NCBI GenBank assembly: GCA_963762125.1
Contig: CAVXJO010000007.1
Location: 167,950 to 231,949, forward strand
Origin: an uncultured Thermoleophilia bacterium
GTDB lineage: Bacteria > Actinomycetota > Thermoleophilia > UBA2241
DNA length: 64,000 nt
Direction: 5' to 3'
Shown: positions 41,806 through 53,097 of the stretch, piece after piece
How positions within the stretch are numbered: the first letter of the stretch is position 1
How the letters are laid out: each line of letters opens with the position of its first letter
The notes under the pieces: generated by a model
What the model saw: the letters and a program-made list of their open reading frames with translations, nothing else
Databases searched by the model: none
What the model was told of the DNA's origin: nothing
Position numbers and translations under genes: made by a program

Positions 41806-42546
41806 CTACCCCGCCGCCTCTCCCGGGCCTTCGACCTTGTCGCGCTGACCCGCCTTCACCTCGAGCAGGTAGCGGTACGCCAGTCCACCGACGACGCCAC
41901 CGACGATCGGGAAGACGATGAACACCCACAGCTGGCTGAGAGCCCAGCCACCGACAAAGAGCGCCGGGGCGAGCGAGCGGGCCGGGTTCACTGAGGTGTT
42001 GTCCACCGGGATGCTGATCAGGTGGATGAGCGTCAGCGTCAGGCCGATGGCCAGCGGCGCCAGACCCGCGGGCGCTCTTCTGTCGGTCACCCCGTGGATC
42101 ACCAGCAGGAAGGCGAAGGTGAGGAGCAGTTCGATGACGATCGCCGCCGCGAGCGAGTACCCCGCCGGCGAGTGATCGCCGTAGCCGTTGGCGGCGAAGC
42201 CGTCCGCAAGGCTGAAACCTGCCTTGCCCGAGGCGATCACGTAGAGGACCGCCGACGCGCAGATGGCGCCGATCACCTGGGCGACGATGTAGATCGCGAC
42301 CTTGCCGCCGGGAAACCGCCCGCCGGCCCAGAGGCCGAGAGTGATCGCCGGGTTGAAATGGGCGCCCGAGATATGGCCGACGGCGTAGGCCATGGTCACG
42401 ACGGTAAGACCGAAGGCCAAGGCGACGCCCATCCAGCCGATCCCGCTGTTCCCAACGGAAGCCGCAAGGACCGCGGCGCCGGTCCCGCCGAAGACGAGCC
42501 AGAAGGTGCCGAAGAACTCGGCGATCGCGGCTTTGCCGGTATTCAT
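41806..42546 (-). CDS. aqpZ: Aquaporin Z / MIP-family channel
   Basis: Two NPA boxes ([14 protein letters not shown] and SVNPARSL). 246 aa from the internal start [15 protein letters not shown]. Confidence 0.88.
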   Translation of the reverse strand: MNTGKAAIAEFFGTFWLVFGGTGAAVLAASVGNSGIGWMGVALAFGLTVVTMAYAVGHISGAHFNPAITLGLWAGGRFPGGKVAIYIVAQVIGAICASAVLYVIASGKAGFSLADGFAANGYGDHSPAGYSLAAAIVIELLLTFAFLLVIHGVTDRRAPAGLAPLAIGLTLTLIHLISIPVDNTSVNPARSLAPALFVGGWALSQLWVFIVFPIVGGVVGGLAYRYLLEVKAGQRDKVEGPGEAAG

Positions 42547-42661
42547 GTGCCACCACCACGAGAGTTTCCACTGTCGAGGCGGTGGATACCCGCTGGCCGC
42601 TATTCCTATCCTGTGGCTGAGTCGCCTGGCGAACGGCCGTGCCGGCAGGCGCAGCGGCAAC

Positions 42662-42686
42662 AAAAAAAGGCGCCCGAACGGGCGCC
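42662..42686 (-). terminator. Rho-independent terminator of the tRNA gene (GGCGCCCGTTCGGGCGCC followed by TTTTTTT on the minus strand)
   Basis: 7-bp GC stem plus a U7 tract, read from the sequence. Confidence 0.7.
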
Positions 42687-42697
42687 CAGGAAGGTGA

Positions 42698-42774
<77 letters not shown>

Positions 42775-42865
42775 ACGTTGGACGACAGATTGTATACGTA
42801 GTGACGGTCGAATGTAAAGTACCCGGCAGGGACTCCGCTCACGCGCGACGTAAAGAGCAGGCGAG

Positions 42866-43993
42866 ATGTTCCGATACACTTCTGCGACGATGGTCCGACT
42901 CGGGGCGACAAGCAGGCGGCATTGGACGCTGGCGGCGATACTCGCGGCCGGCTTCTTCCTGTCGCTGCTGGCGTCGTGCCTGCTCGCGACGGCGCTTCTT
43001 CCCGCCGCCTGTCCGGCCTCGCCTACATCCGTCGATGACCTTCGCGCCCAGGCGCGCAGCGTTCGCCGTGACGTATCGCGTCTCGACCGTCGCGCCGAGG
43101 TGCTCACCGAGAAGTACAATGTCGCGCGCGCGGCGCTCGACGCCGTCAACGTGCGCCTGCAGGCGGCGCGGCGCGATCTCGAACGCTCGCAGGTCCAACT
43201 GGACGCCGCGCAGGCGCTGCGCGGCGCGCGGCTCGCGGCCATGTACAAGAGCGACACCTACAGCGTGCTCGACGTCATCTTCAATCTGAGCGACATCGGC
43301 GAGGCCGGTACGCAGCTCGGCTACTTCCGCTCCATCGACGAGGCGGACCAGGAGACCGTCACCCGCATCGCCGAGATGGAGCGGCAGATCGGGTCACTCG
43401 CGCGCCAGATCGACAAGGACCGCGCCGATGCGCTGGGTCGCGAGATGGACCTGCGCGACCAGCAGGTGGCGATCGAGGACGAGCTCGCTGCGCGCGAGAC
43501 ACTCCTTGCCGACCTCGACGCGCGCGTCAAGAAGATCCTCGCACAGCAGGCGCAACTGGACGCAGCGGCCTCGGCGCGCCTGGCCAAAGCCGCCGGCGTC
43601 GACCTTGCCACGGTCTCCGGCACGCCGGCGCAGATCGCCGTCGTCAAGGAGACGATGAGGTACCTCGGCATCCCCTACGTGTGGGCCGGCGCCACGCCCT
43701 CGGGCGGCTTCGACTGCTCGGGCCTCGTCCTCTTCGTCTACGCCAAGTTCGAGATCGAGTTCCCGCACGGAGCCACCATGCAGGCGCATATGGGCGATCC
43801 CGTGTCGCCGTCGCAGGCCCAGCCGGCAGACCTCGTCTTCTTCGGGACCCCGGCTTTCTACCACCACGTGGGCATCTACATCGGCAACGGCCTCTTCATC
43901 GAAGCGCCGCACACCGGCGACGTCGTCAAGGTGAGCAGACTGGCGGGCCGCGGCTGCTCCCTCATCTGCCGCTACCCCATAGGACTGCGCTGA
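42866..43993 (+). CDS. Secreted NlpC/P60 peptidoglycan endopeptidase with an N-terminal coiled-coil domain (RipA-like)
   Basis: Signal/TM region, a long Arg/Ala/Leu heptad region, and a C-terminal NlpC/P60 domain (…GIPYVWAGATPSGGFDCSGLVLFVY…HHVGIYIGNG… with Cys-His catalytic residues). Confidence 0.85.
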   Translation: MFRYTSATMVRLGATSRRHWTLAAILAAGFFLSLLASCLLATALLPAACPASPTSVDDLRAQARSVRRDVSRLDRRAEVLTEKYNVARAALDAVNVRLQAARRDLERSQVQLDAAQALRGARLAAMYKSDTYSVLDVIFNLSDIGEAGTQLGYFRSIDEADQETVTRIAEMERQIGSLARQIDKDRADALGREMDLRDQQVAIEDELAARETLLADLDARVKKILAQQAQLDAAASARLAKAAGVDLATVSGTPAQIAVVKETMRYLGIPYVWAGATPSGGFDCSGLVLFVYAKFEIEFPHGATMQAHMGDPVSPSQAQPADLVFFGTPAFYHHVGIYIGNGLFIEAPHTGDVVKVSRLAGRGCSLICRYPIGLR

Positions 43994-44064
43994 CCCTGCC
44001 CGTCCCACGCCATCCGCGCGCCGGCGCACTGTCGCCGTCGCCTCCGGCGCGGTAGACTGCCGTC

Positions 44065-44436
44065 ATGCCTTGGTACGTACTGCTCATCGTCGCGCTCGCC
44101 AGCTTGGCGGTCATCCTCGGCGCGCTCGCGTCCGTCGGCCTCAAGGGGTGGCGGCTCGCCAAGCACGGCATGGCCGTCTCGAGGCGCCTCACCCCGCTCG
44201 TCGACGGTCTGAGCCGCAGGGCGGACGAGATCTCGGCGGCGGCGGAGCGCCTCTCCGCCGATGGCGAACAACTCACCGTGAGCATCTCGAGACTGCAGGT
44301 CTCTCTGGCCCGGATGCAGGTGCTGACCGACACCATCGGCGAGGCGATGGAGCCGTTCCTCCTCCTCACTGGGTGGCTGTCCGGCGACCGCGGCTACAAC
44401 GACTGGCGCCGCTGGAGCAGCACACGCCCACGCTGA
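44065..44436 (+). CDS. Small membrane-anchored hypothetical protein
   Basis: One N-terminal TM helix (WYVLLIVALASLAVILGALASVGL) followed by a helical domain. 123 aa. No family assignment. Confidence 0.5.
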   Translation: MPWYVLLIVALASLAVILGALASVGLKGWRLAKHGMAVSRRLTPLVDGLSRRADEISAAAERLSADGEQLTVSISRLQVSLARMQVLTDTIGEAMEPFLLLTGWLSGDRGYNDWRRWSSTRPR

Positions 44437-44452
44437 GCGGCTCGCGTTCTGA

Positions 44453-44503
44453 ACACGGACGGGCCCGGGACCCTCTCTGCGAGCGTCCCGGGCCCGTCCG
44501 TGT
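44453..44503. terminator. Perfect 19-bp inverted repeat (ACACGGACGGGCCCGGGAC-N13-GTCCCGGGCCCGTCCGTGT) between convergent genes
   Basis: Read from the sequence. Probably a bidirectional terminator. Confidence 0.5.
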
Positions 44504-44515
44504 GTGCCGCTCTCC

Positions 44516-46261
44516 TCACTGCTCGAGCGGCGGCAGCTCCGCCCAGCCACGAATCGTGTAGTAGTCCTGGAGCATGGCGGCCATCTCCTCCTGCGGGAAG
44601 GTGAGCCCCTCCTCGTCCTCCATGGGCTTCTCGGTGACCCAGTCCGGCAGCTTCTCCGACTCCCGGCCGATGCCCCGCGCGGCGTTGAAGTCGTGCGTCA
44701 TCGTGGTGATGCGGTTGGCGATGCGATGCAGGTCCTCTTCGGTGTAGTCCGTACCGATGACCGCGTTGACGACCGCTGTGATGTAGGGCCACTGCACCAG
44801 GTCGCGGTAGAAGCGGCAGTAGACCAGGGTGTCCATGATCGTGAGGCGGTCTTCCCAGTCGCAGTAGATCGCGGCCTTGCCCTCGATCTCGCCGTAGGGA
44901 GTGACGCCCAGCAGCTCGGGCTTGTACATGGTGGCGCGCAGGTGGCAGGCGCCGCGCGGCGTGGTGGCGAAGCCGAGGCCCATGCCCTTCATCTTGCGCG
45001 GCTCGTAGCCGGCCGGGGCCATGCCCTTGGCGTGCACGGCCACGTCTTCGAGGCCGTACTCCTTGGCGACGGCGAGAAGGCCCTCGGCCCAGAGGTCGCC
45101 GATGCCTTCGCGCAGGCAGAGCTTCTCGAGGAAGGCGGCGACGCCGTCCGGGTCGTTCCAGCCGAGCTGGTCCTCGATGAGACCACGCTGGCTGCACTCG
45201 ATGGCCAGCGCGCACAGGTTGCCCGCGTCCATGGTGTCGACGCCGAGGCGGTCGCAGATGTCGTTGAGCCACATGATCTCAGCGAAGTCGTCGATCTCGC
45301 AGAGGCCGCCGAACACGTAGGCGGTCTCGTACTCGGGGCCCTCGACGACGAGCCCTTCGTGGCGGCCCTTGAAGACGGTGTTGCGCTTGACGCACTTGAA
45401 GACGCAGGGCGGGCACGTGTGGTGGACGGTGCCGTGCTCGGCGAGCATGGTCTCGACGGTGATGCGCTCGAAGTTCTCCAGCGTGCCCTTGCGCCAGTAG
45501 CGCGTCGGGAACGCGTTCACGCCGTTCATGATGCGCACCATGTTGAGCGTGCCGCCACGCTGGTAGGCGGCGACGCCGGGGTCGTCCTTGGTGCGCTCGA
45601 TGAGGTCGCGCACGACCGCCTTGAAGTCATCGGGACGCGCGACGTCGACCTTCTTCTCGCCGTGCCAGACGATGCCCTTTAGGTTCTTGGAGCCATACAC
45701 CGCACCCGGGCCGCCGCGCCCGAGCTGGTGCCAGTAGTTGTTGTTGACGCAGGCGAAGCGCACGAGCTTCTCGCCGGCGGGGCCGATCACGCAGGCCTGA
45801 GCCTTGGGATGCGGCGTGCGCGCGAGGATCTCGTCCTCGGCCTTGAACGCGTCCAAGCCCCACAGGTCCGAGGCGTCGTGGAAGGCCACGCCCGCTTCGC
45901 TGACCTCCAGATACACGGGCGCGTCGGCCTTGCCCTCCACGATCACGACGCGGTAGCCGGTGCGCGCGAACTGGGGCGTGAGGTTGCCGCCCGAGTAACA
46001 CTCACCGTAGCCGCCGGTGAGCGGTGAGGAGAAGTAGACGGCGTAGCGATTGCTGCCCAGCATGGTGGTCCCGCCCATCGGACCGACGACGAAGATGAGC
46101 TTGTTCCCGGGGCTCAGCGGATCGACCTCCGGGCCGATCTCTTCGCAGAGGTAGTGCGTGCCGATGCCCTTGGCCCCGATGAACTCCTTGGTCAGCCGCT
46201 CAGGAATGGTCTCCTCTGAGGATGTGCGGGTGGTGAGGTCGATGCGTAGAAGGTCGCCCAT
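44516..46261 (-). CDS. Aldehyde:ferredoxin oxidoreductase (AOR family; tungsto-/molybdopterin enzyme)
   Basis: 582 aa from MGDLLRIDLTT… AOR N-terminal domain. [4Fe-4S] ligand motif CPPCVFKC (CxxCxxxC). Conserved C-terminal AOR domains (…GLGFATTPRGACHLRA…). Confidence 0.85.
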   Translation of the reverse strand: MGDLLRIDLTTRTSSEETIPERLTKEFIGAKGIGTHYLCEEIGPEVDPLSPGNKLIFVVGPMGGTTMLGSNRYAVYFSSPLTGGYGECYSGGNLTPQFARTGYRVVIVEGKADAPVYLEVSEAGVAFHDASDLWGLDAFKAEDEILARTPHPKAQACVIGPAGEKLVRFACVNNNYWHQLGRGGPGAVYGSKNLKGIVWHGEKKVDVARPDDFKAVVRDLIERTKDDPGVAAYQRGGTLNMVRIMNGVNAFPTRYWRKGTLENFERITVETMLAEHGTVHHTCPPCVFKCVKRNTVFKGRHEGLVVEGPEYETAYVFGGLCEIDDFAEIMWLNDICDRLGVDTMDAGNLCALAIECSQRGLIEDQLGWNDPDGVAAFLEKLCLREGIGDLWAEGLLAVAKEYGLEDVAVHAKGMAPAGYEPRKMKGMGLGFATTPRGACHLRATMYKPELLGVTPYGEIEGKAAIYCDWEDRLTIMDTLVYCRFYRDLVQWPYITAVVNAVIGTDYTEEDLHRIANRITTMTHDFNAARGIGRESEKLPDWVTEKPMEDEEGLTFPQEEMAAMLQDYYTIRGWAELPPLEQ

Positions 46262-46373
46262 TCGTGCTCCTTTGTGCCGTGAAAGCCGCATCCCGGCCCT
46301 CCCCCCGCTGCGCCGCGGCCACCCTGGCCGGCGGAGCCCACCCTGGCGAGGTGCACGAGCACCTCGAACGGAA

Positions 46374-46409
46374 GGAGCCGCGTTCGGACGTGCGTCCGAA
46401 CGCGGCTCC
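46374..46409. terminator. Hairpin (about 15-17-bp stem, GGAGCCGCGTTCGGACG/CGTCCGAACGCGGCTCC) downstream of ald
   Basis: Read from the sequence. A second 9-bp-stem hairpin lies at 46427-46451. Confidence 0.45.
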
Positions 46410-46465
46410 ATTCAATCAGCTACCGGCCGCCGCGGCCAAGTGCCGCGGCGGAGCGGGATGCCGTC

Positions 46466-47587
<1,122 letters not shown>

Positions 47588-47629
47588 GACTCCTCCTCGC
47601 TCCATCCCATGGTTGGGCTCAAAACTCGG

Positions 47630-47785
47630 ATGTGCACACACATGTGCACGATTCGGCAGTCTACCAACATCCCAGCGCGCAGAAAACCCCAAAACGCAAG
47701 AAAACCGCCCAGTAGTGAACGGGTCGGGGGCCAACGATTCCGTAGGTTCCGATATCACGCTGCGATTCTTCGATATTGCGATATC
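47630..47785. promoter_or_regulatory. Divergent promoter region between ald and the beta-lactamase-like gene, carrying clustered palindromes: two GTGCAC (47632-37, 47644-49) and three GATATC/GATATT (47751-56, 47772-77, 47780-85)
   Basis: Read from the sequence. The region is locally AT-richer than the surroundings. These are candidate operator sites. Confidence 0.4.
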
Positions 47786-47890
47786 AGATGGACCGTGCGT
47801 GCCGACCGCAGGGGTCGCGCGTGAGGTCTGGCCCATACCAGCATCGCTCGTATATCGTAGGCCGGGGTCACCGATGGGGGGTGCCGGCGT

Positions 47891-48901
47891 ATGAGCGATC
47901 CGAGGGACGTCCACGACCGCCTCGCGGCGGTGACCGCGCGCCTGGGAGGTACGCTCGGGGTCGCCGCCCGCAACCTGGCGAGCGGCGCAGAGGTCCACGT
48001 CGCCGCCGACGAGCTCTTCCCCATGGCGAGCTGCTTCAAGATCCCCGTCATGGTGGAGGTCATGCGGCAGGTCGACGCCGGCGAACTCCACCTCGACGAC
48101 CGGCTCACGCTGACCGAGGCCGACAAGAGCCCGGGCAGCACGCTGATCCACTGCCACCATGGCCTGCGTCCCAGCGTGCGCGACCTCCTCTACCTGATGA
48201 TCACTTTGAGCGACAACACCGCGACCGACATGCTCTGGCGGCTCGTCGGTCTGCGGAGCGTGAACGAGACCATGCGGCGACTGTGCCTGGAGACGATCGA
48301 CTGCCGTATCCCCAACCGCGAGTACTTCCTCATCGAGTGCGGCGCGGGCGACGAATGGGCCGGGCTGAGCGGCCGGGAGATCGTCACGCACTGGCAGGAG
48401 ATCGAGGCGAGCGGAGGGTACGAGGAGGCGCTCCGCCTCGTGCTCGAGGAGAACGCGCGCCTCAGCGGCGCCGGTTTCCAGCACCTGTACCAGCGCCGCT
48501 GGGGGCGCGACGAATCGCGCGGCTACGAGGACTCGTTCGTCGTCGACCAGGCGCTCGACAACAGGTGCTCGCCACGTGACATGGCGAGACTCCTCGCGAT
48601 GCTCGCCCAGAATCGCTGCGCCTCCGCGCCGTCTTGCCGGCTCATGCTCGAGGTGATGACGCAGCAGGAGTGGCGCGAGAAGATCCCGGCCGGCCTCCCG
48701 CAGGGACTGAGGGTGGCCAACAAGACCGGCGGCGTGAGCGGCACCAGCAACGACGCCGCGATCGTCTTTACGCCAACCGGGGCACCTGTGGTCATGGTCG
48801 TTTTCTGGAAGAGCCTGGATCAGCAGGCGAAAGAATGCGCCGACGAGGCGATCGCCGCGGTCGCCGGGCTGCTCTACGAGCACGTCGGGGAGCCGGCATG
48901 A
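47891..48901 (+). CDS. Class A beta-lactamase-fold serine hydrolase with no signal peptide (predicted cytoplasmic)
   Basis: All class A catalytic motifs are present: S-x-x-K (MASCFK), SDN (ITLSDNTATD), KTG (ANKTGGVSG). The N-terminus MSDPRDVHDRLAAV… has no signal sequence. Confidence 0.8.
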   Translation: MSDPRDVHDRLAAVTARLGGTLGVAARNLASGAEVHVAADELFPMASCFKIPVMVEVMRQVDAGELHLDDRLTLTEADKSPGSTLIHCHHGLRPSVRDLLYLMITLSDNTATDMLWRLVGLRSVNETMRRLCLETIDCRIPNREYFLIECGAGDEWAGLSGREIVTHWQEIEASGGYEEALRLVLEENARLSGAGFQHLYQRRWGRDESRGYEDSFVVDQALDNRCSPRDMARLLAMLAQNRCASAPSCRLMLEVMTQQEWREKIPAGLPQGLRVANKTGGVSGTSNDAAIVFTPTGAPVVMVVFWKSLDQQAKECADEAIAAVAGLLYEHVGEPA

Positions 48902-49635
48902 AGGTCTCCGGCGCGAGGGTGCTCGTGGTCGGCGGCATCCGCCGCCTCGGCGGCGCCGTCGCGCTCGACTTGGCCGGCCATGGCGCCGCTGTCGTTGTTT
49001 CGACGCGCGCGCGCACGCGTGCGGCGGACGACCAGGTGGCGGCGCTGACCGCCGCCGGAGCGCAGGCCGCCGCGCTTGTCGAGGGCGACGTCGGACGCGC
49101 CGCGGGTGCGGCAAGCCTCGTCGCCGCGGCCGCGGCGGCCCTCGGCGGGCTCGACGCACTGGTCTACGCGGCCAGCGGCCCGTTCGTGCCCCAGCCGCCG
49201 CAGGCGATCGACGAGGAGGCGTGGGACGCCTCGATGGACACGATCGCCAAGGGCTTCTTCTTCAGTGCCTGCGCCGCCCACGAACGCCTCTCTCAGGGCG
49301 GCGCGATCGTGGCTCTCACCGACTATCTCGGGCTGCAACCCTGGGCCACGTTCGCCGCGCACGGCGCGGCCAAGGCGGCCGAGATCCATCTGGTCAAGGA
49401 GCTCGCACGCGCGTGGGCGCCCGACGGCGTGCGCGTCTGCGGCGTCGCGCCGGGCCCGGTGGACCTCGAGGACGACGAGCACCGGGCCGCCACCCTCCGC
49501 GCCGCCGCCAGAGTGGCGACCGAGCGGCTCGTCGCGCCGGCCGACATCGGCGCCGCCGTGCGCTTCTGCCTGGAGACGGAGGGCGTCACGGGCGTCAACG
49601 TCGCCGTCGACAACGGCTCGCTGGTCATGGCGTGA
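48898..49635 (+). CDS. Short-chain dehydrogenase/reductase (SDR), translationally coupled to the upstream gene (ATGA overlap)
   Basis: Rossmann VLVVGGIRRLGGAVA. The catalytic Y-x-x-x-K is probably AHGAAKAAE in degenerate form. 245 aa. Confidence 0.75.
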   Translation: MKVSGARVLVVGGIRRLGGAVALDLAGHGAAVVVSTRARTRAADDQVAALTAAGAQAAALVEGDVGRAAGAASLVAAAAAALGGLDALVYAASGPFVPQPPQAIDEEAWDASMDTIAKGFFFSACAAHERLSQGGAIVALTDYLGLQPWATFAAHGAAKAAEIHLVKELARAWAPDGVRVCGVAPGPVDLEDDEHRAATLRAAARVATERLVAPADIGAAVRFCLETEGVTGVNVAVDNGSLVMA

Positions 49636-49691
49636 GGTGAGCCGCGCCGAGCGGCGCGGCAGAAGAAGGCGCGGCGACGCCGGCCGAAGCG

Positions 49692-51341
49692 TCAGGCGGG
49701 TGTCGGCTTGCCCTTCTTGGACTGGTCGATGAGCTCCTTGGCTTTGAGCGCCAGCCAGAACTCCATGCGATCCTGAGACTGGTCGAGGTCGCGGCCGGTG
49801 ATCTCCTCGACGCGCTTCATGCGATAGCGCAGCGTGTGGCGGTGCACGTACAGCTTCTCGGCGGCGTCGCCCCAGTGGCCATTGGCCTCGAGGAAGCAGG
49901 CGAGGCTCTTGACCAGGTCGCTGGAGTTCTGTTCGTCGTACTCCTGGAGCTTGCCGAGGACGCTGTCGTAGAAGACCTCGAGCGACAGTGTGTCCTGCAG
50001 GCCAAGCAGCAGCCCGTAGGAGCCGAGATCGTCGAAGCTGGCGATGACGCGGGGCTCGCCCTTGAGCTTGCGGATCTTGATGGCGTAGCTGGCCTCGTAG
50101 TAGCTCTGACGGAGGTCGATGAGCTGCCGGTGCGGCCGGCCGATGCCGACGGAGACGGAGATCTCCGGCAACATCTCCGCGATGACGGCCTGCAGCTCCC
50201 CGGCCATCCTGATGATCTCCTCGGTGTCCCGCTTGCCCGGCTGCACCAGGATGACGACGGAGTCACTGCGCGACGCGCTGATGCAGAGCACGTCGCGTCG
50301 CGCCATGAACTCGTCCACGGTCCAGTGCAGGCGCTCCTTGATGTCCTGGGTGGCGGCCTCGGTGCGTTGTGCCGCCCCCTCGCCCTCGAGTACGTCGATG
50401 TCGACGAGCACGATGAGGTGCGGCGACTGCGGCTCGAGCCCGAAGAACGCGAGCCGCCGCGCGATCTCCTCCTCGTAGAGGTCGCTGGCGATGAGCTCGT
50501 CGAAGAAGTCGCCGGCGAGGCGCTTCTCCGTCTCGGCCACGGCCTTCTTCTTGACCAGCTCCAGCGCAGTCACCGTGACCACGTTGTGGAGGATGATGCG
50601 GTCGTACTCGCTGAAGTCGCCGCTGTCTTTGACGACGGCGAGGAAGGCGCCGATGCGGTGTGAGGCGACCACCGGGTAGACCTGTACGCCGGAGCCCACG
50701 CCGTCCATGCTGAGGGCGAAGTTCTGGCGGTCGGCGCGGCGGTCGCTGATGAGCCCCCACAGGTCGGCGACAAGCTCGGCGCCCAACTGGCGACGGTAGG
50801 CTGCCTCACAGAGCACCACGCCGTGGAAGTCGAAGAGGACGGCGGAGCAGCCGACGAGGGCCGAGAGCGTGGAGAGGATAGCCTCGAGGCCCTTCTCCTC
50901 CAGCACGATCTTGGTGAGCTTCTCGTGAACCGCGAGACTGCGCTGCAGCAGAGAGTACTGCTCGTTGACGATCTTGGAGGCCACGGCCTCGGTGATGGCG
51001 ATGAACGGCACGTGGTACGGCACCTCGAACAGCGGGAACCCGTACTCCTCGGCGACCCCGACGAGAGCGGGTGGTACCTTGTCGAAGCTGAAGCCGGTGC
51101 CGAACCCGAGGCCGGAGATGTTGTGGTCGATGAGGCGCTTGATCTGCGCCACCTGCTGCGCCTCGTCGCCGACGAAGCTGTAGCCCGTGGTGAGCAGCAG
51201 CTCGCCGCCCTTGAGCCACTTCGTGGGATCGGGGACCTCGGTGATGTGGACCCAGCGCACCGGGTTACTCGTGGACTTGTGTCCGGCCAGCAGACGCAGG
51301 TTCAACTCAGAGATCTCCAAGATGTCCTGCACGGTGATCAT
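49692..51341 (-). CDS. PucR-family transcriptional regulator
   Basis: N-terminal PucR-type domain (MITVQDILEISELNLRLLAGH…WVHITE…), GGDEF-like middle region, C-terminal HTH (LYVHRHTLRYRMKRVEEITGRDL). Confidence 0.85.
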   Translation of the reverse strand: MITVQDILEISELNLRLLAGHKSTSNPVRWVHITEVPDPTKWLKGGELLLTTGYSFVGDEAQQVAQIKRLIDHNISGLGFGTGFSFDKVPPALVGVAEEYGFPLFEVPYHVPFIAITEAVASKIVNEQYSLLQRSLAVHEKLTKIVLEEKGLEAILSTLSALVGCSAVLFDFHGVVLCEAAYRRQLGAELVADLWGLISDRRADRQNFALSMDGVGSGVQVYPVVASHRIGAFLAVVKDSGDFSEYDRIILHNVVTVTALELVKKKAVAETEKRLAGDFFDELIASDLYEEEIARRLAFFGLEPQSPHLIVLVDIDVLEGEGAAQRTEAATQDIKERLHWTVDEFMARRDVLCISASRSDSVVILVQPGKRDTEEIIRMAGELQAVIAEMLPEISVSVGIGRPHRQLIDLRQSYYEASYAIKIRKLKGEPRVIASFDDLGSYGLLLGLQDTLSLEVFYDSVLGKLQEYDEQNSSDLVKSLACFLEANGHWGDAAEKLYVHRHTLRYRMKRVEEITGRDLDQSQDRMEFWLALKAKELIDQSKKGKPTPA

Positions 51342-51447
51342 CGCCGGGATTCTACACGATGTCCAAGTACAGCGCGAGGGCGCGCGACCTCGGGACGAGG
51401 GGGCCTTTATACGTTCTGGCAGTCTGCAGGCGCCGGCGGCAGCGCCG

Positions 51448-53097
51448 CTACCGGCGCCGCAGAACCTGCCCGGGCAGCGCCGCGGTAGGCTCGCCCTCCT
51501 CGAGCACGGGCACACCGTTCACCAGGACCCAGTCGATGCCCTCCGGGGCCGCGTGCGGGATGTTCTCGAACGGGAACGAGTGCGGGTAGAGGTTCGTGGC
51601 CCGGTCACGCACACGGTCGAGGTCGAAGACCACGAGGTCGGCCTTGAGACCGGGGCGCAGCGCGCCACGGTCGAGGAGAAGGAAGCGCTGCGCCGGGAAG
51701 GAGGTCATCTTGCGGATGGCCTCCTCGAGGCGCAGCACCGGCTCGTCGCGCACGTAGCGCTCGAGCACGCCCGGGTACTCGCCGTAGCTGCACGGCCAGT
51801 ACAACGAGGCATCGTCGCTCTGGCCGGCCGGCGACATGACCAGCCCGTCAGACGAGATCATCGCGAGCGGGCTCTGCAGCAGGGCGCGGATGTTCTTCTC
51901 CTCGATGTAGTCGAAGAGGCCGATGATGTCGTCGTCCTCCTCGACGATGAGGTCGAGGAAGGTGTCGAAGCCGTCGGCGCCGCGCTCGGCGGCGATGTCG
52001 GCGACGGAGCGGCCGCGGAGTTCCGGATGGCGGCCGGCGTGGAACACGACCACGCGGTCGAAGCGGCCGTGACGGACCACGCCCGCGTAGCCGGCGCCCG
52101 GCAGCGTGTCCTCGAGCACCTCGCGTCTCAGCAGGGCGCGCCCTTCCGGGTCCGACAGCAGGAAGATCAACGCGTCGTGGTCAAGGTCGAGCACAGGCTG
52201 CGGCAGCGCCCGCGAGAGGCGCGGCGCGAGGTCGGTGTGCACGTCGTTGTCGGTGCTGGCGTCGAGCCCGGCGCGGCGAGCGTCCTCGATCAGCGCCAGG
52301 TTCGCCGACGCGTCCTCGGGAGCGCCCCACTTGGGCGCGTTGTGCGAGACCTCTACGGGGCAGCCGGAGGCGCGCCCGAGCTCGAGCGCCTCGGTGACCG
52401 CGGCGAGGATGGTCTCACGCTCGCCGCGGACGTGCGAGGTGTAGATGCCCTGGTGGCGGGCGACCACCTTGCACAGCCGCAAGAGCTCGTCCGTGGTCGC
52501 GAAGCACCCCGGCGGGTAGACGAGGCCGCTCGAAAGCCCGTGCGCGCCGGCGCGCAGGGAGGCGTCGAGCAGGCGCTCCATGCGCACCAGTTCGCGCTCG
52601 GTCACCGCTCGCTCCGCGAAGCCGACGACGGCGAGCCGCAGCGCCCCGTGGCCGACGAGCGGCGCGATGTTGATCGCGTGGCCGCCGCGCCGCAGAGCCG
52701 CGAGGTACTGGCCGAAGGTGCGCCAGTCCCAGGCCACGGTGTCGAGGCCCCAGGCGTAGTGCGCCCAGTTCTGGATGGCGTCGTCGCGGTGGGCCGCCGT
52801 CAGCGGAGCCGCCGACATGCCGCAGTTGCCGGTGACATGAGTCGTGACGCCCTGGCGCAGCGCCGTCTCTGCTTCCGGGTACAGCAGGATGGAAAGGTCC
52901 GAGTGCGTGTGCGGGTCGATGAAGCCGGGCGTGACGTAGCGGTCGCCGGCGTCGACGACACGCCGGCCGCGCAGCGTCCCCGGCGCGCCGATCGCCGCGA
53001 TACGCTCGCCGCGCACCGCGATGTCGCCGCGGTACCAGGGGTTGCCGCAGCCGTCGACGAGGCGCCCCCCGGCGACGACGAGGTCGTGGATCGTCAA
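51448..53097 (-). CDS. N-acyl-D-amino-acid deacylase (D-aminoacylase), amidohydrolase superfamily
   Basis: Small N-terminal beta domain (DLVVAGGRLVDGCG…GDIAVRGERIAAIG) and metal-binding TIM barrel (…GFIDPHTHSD…). 549 aa, similar to D-aminoacylases throughout. Confidence 0.8.
   Translation of the reverse strand: MTIHDLVVAGGRLVDGCGNPWYRGDIAVRGERIAAIGAPGTLRGRRVVDAGDRYVTPGFIDPHTHSDLSILLYPEAETALRQGVTTHVTGNCGMSAAPLTAAHRDDAIQNWAHYAWGLDTVAWDWRTFGQYLAALRRGGHAINIAPLVGHGALRLAVVGFAERAVTERELVRMERLLDASLRAGAHGLSSGLVYPPGCFATTDELLRLCKVVARHQGIYTSHVRGERETILAAVTEALELGRASGCPVEVSHNAPKWGAPEDASANLALIEDARRAGLDASTDNDVHTDLAPRLSRALPQPVLDLDHDALIFLLSDPEGRALLRREVLEDTLPGAGYAGVVRHGRFDRVVVFHAGRHPELRGRSVADIAAERGADGFDTFLDLIVEEDDDIIGLFDYIEEKNIRALLQSPLAMISSDGLVMSPAGQSDDASLYWPCSYGEYPGVLERYVRDEPVLRLEEAIRKMTSFPAQRFLLLDRGALRPGLKADLVVFDLDRVRDRATNLYPHSFPFENIPHAAPEGIDWVLVNGVPVLEEGEPTAALPGQVLRRR

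Noticed and set aside
40145-42571. 808-aa composite ORF spanning tilS, the tilS-aqpZ spacer and aqpZ
   Set aside because: It is a read-through artefact. It covers aqpZ in a non-native frame and contains protein-like sequence only over the central tilS segment. The genes were called separately.
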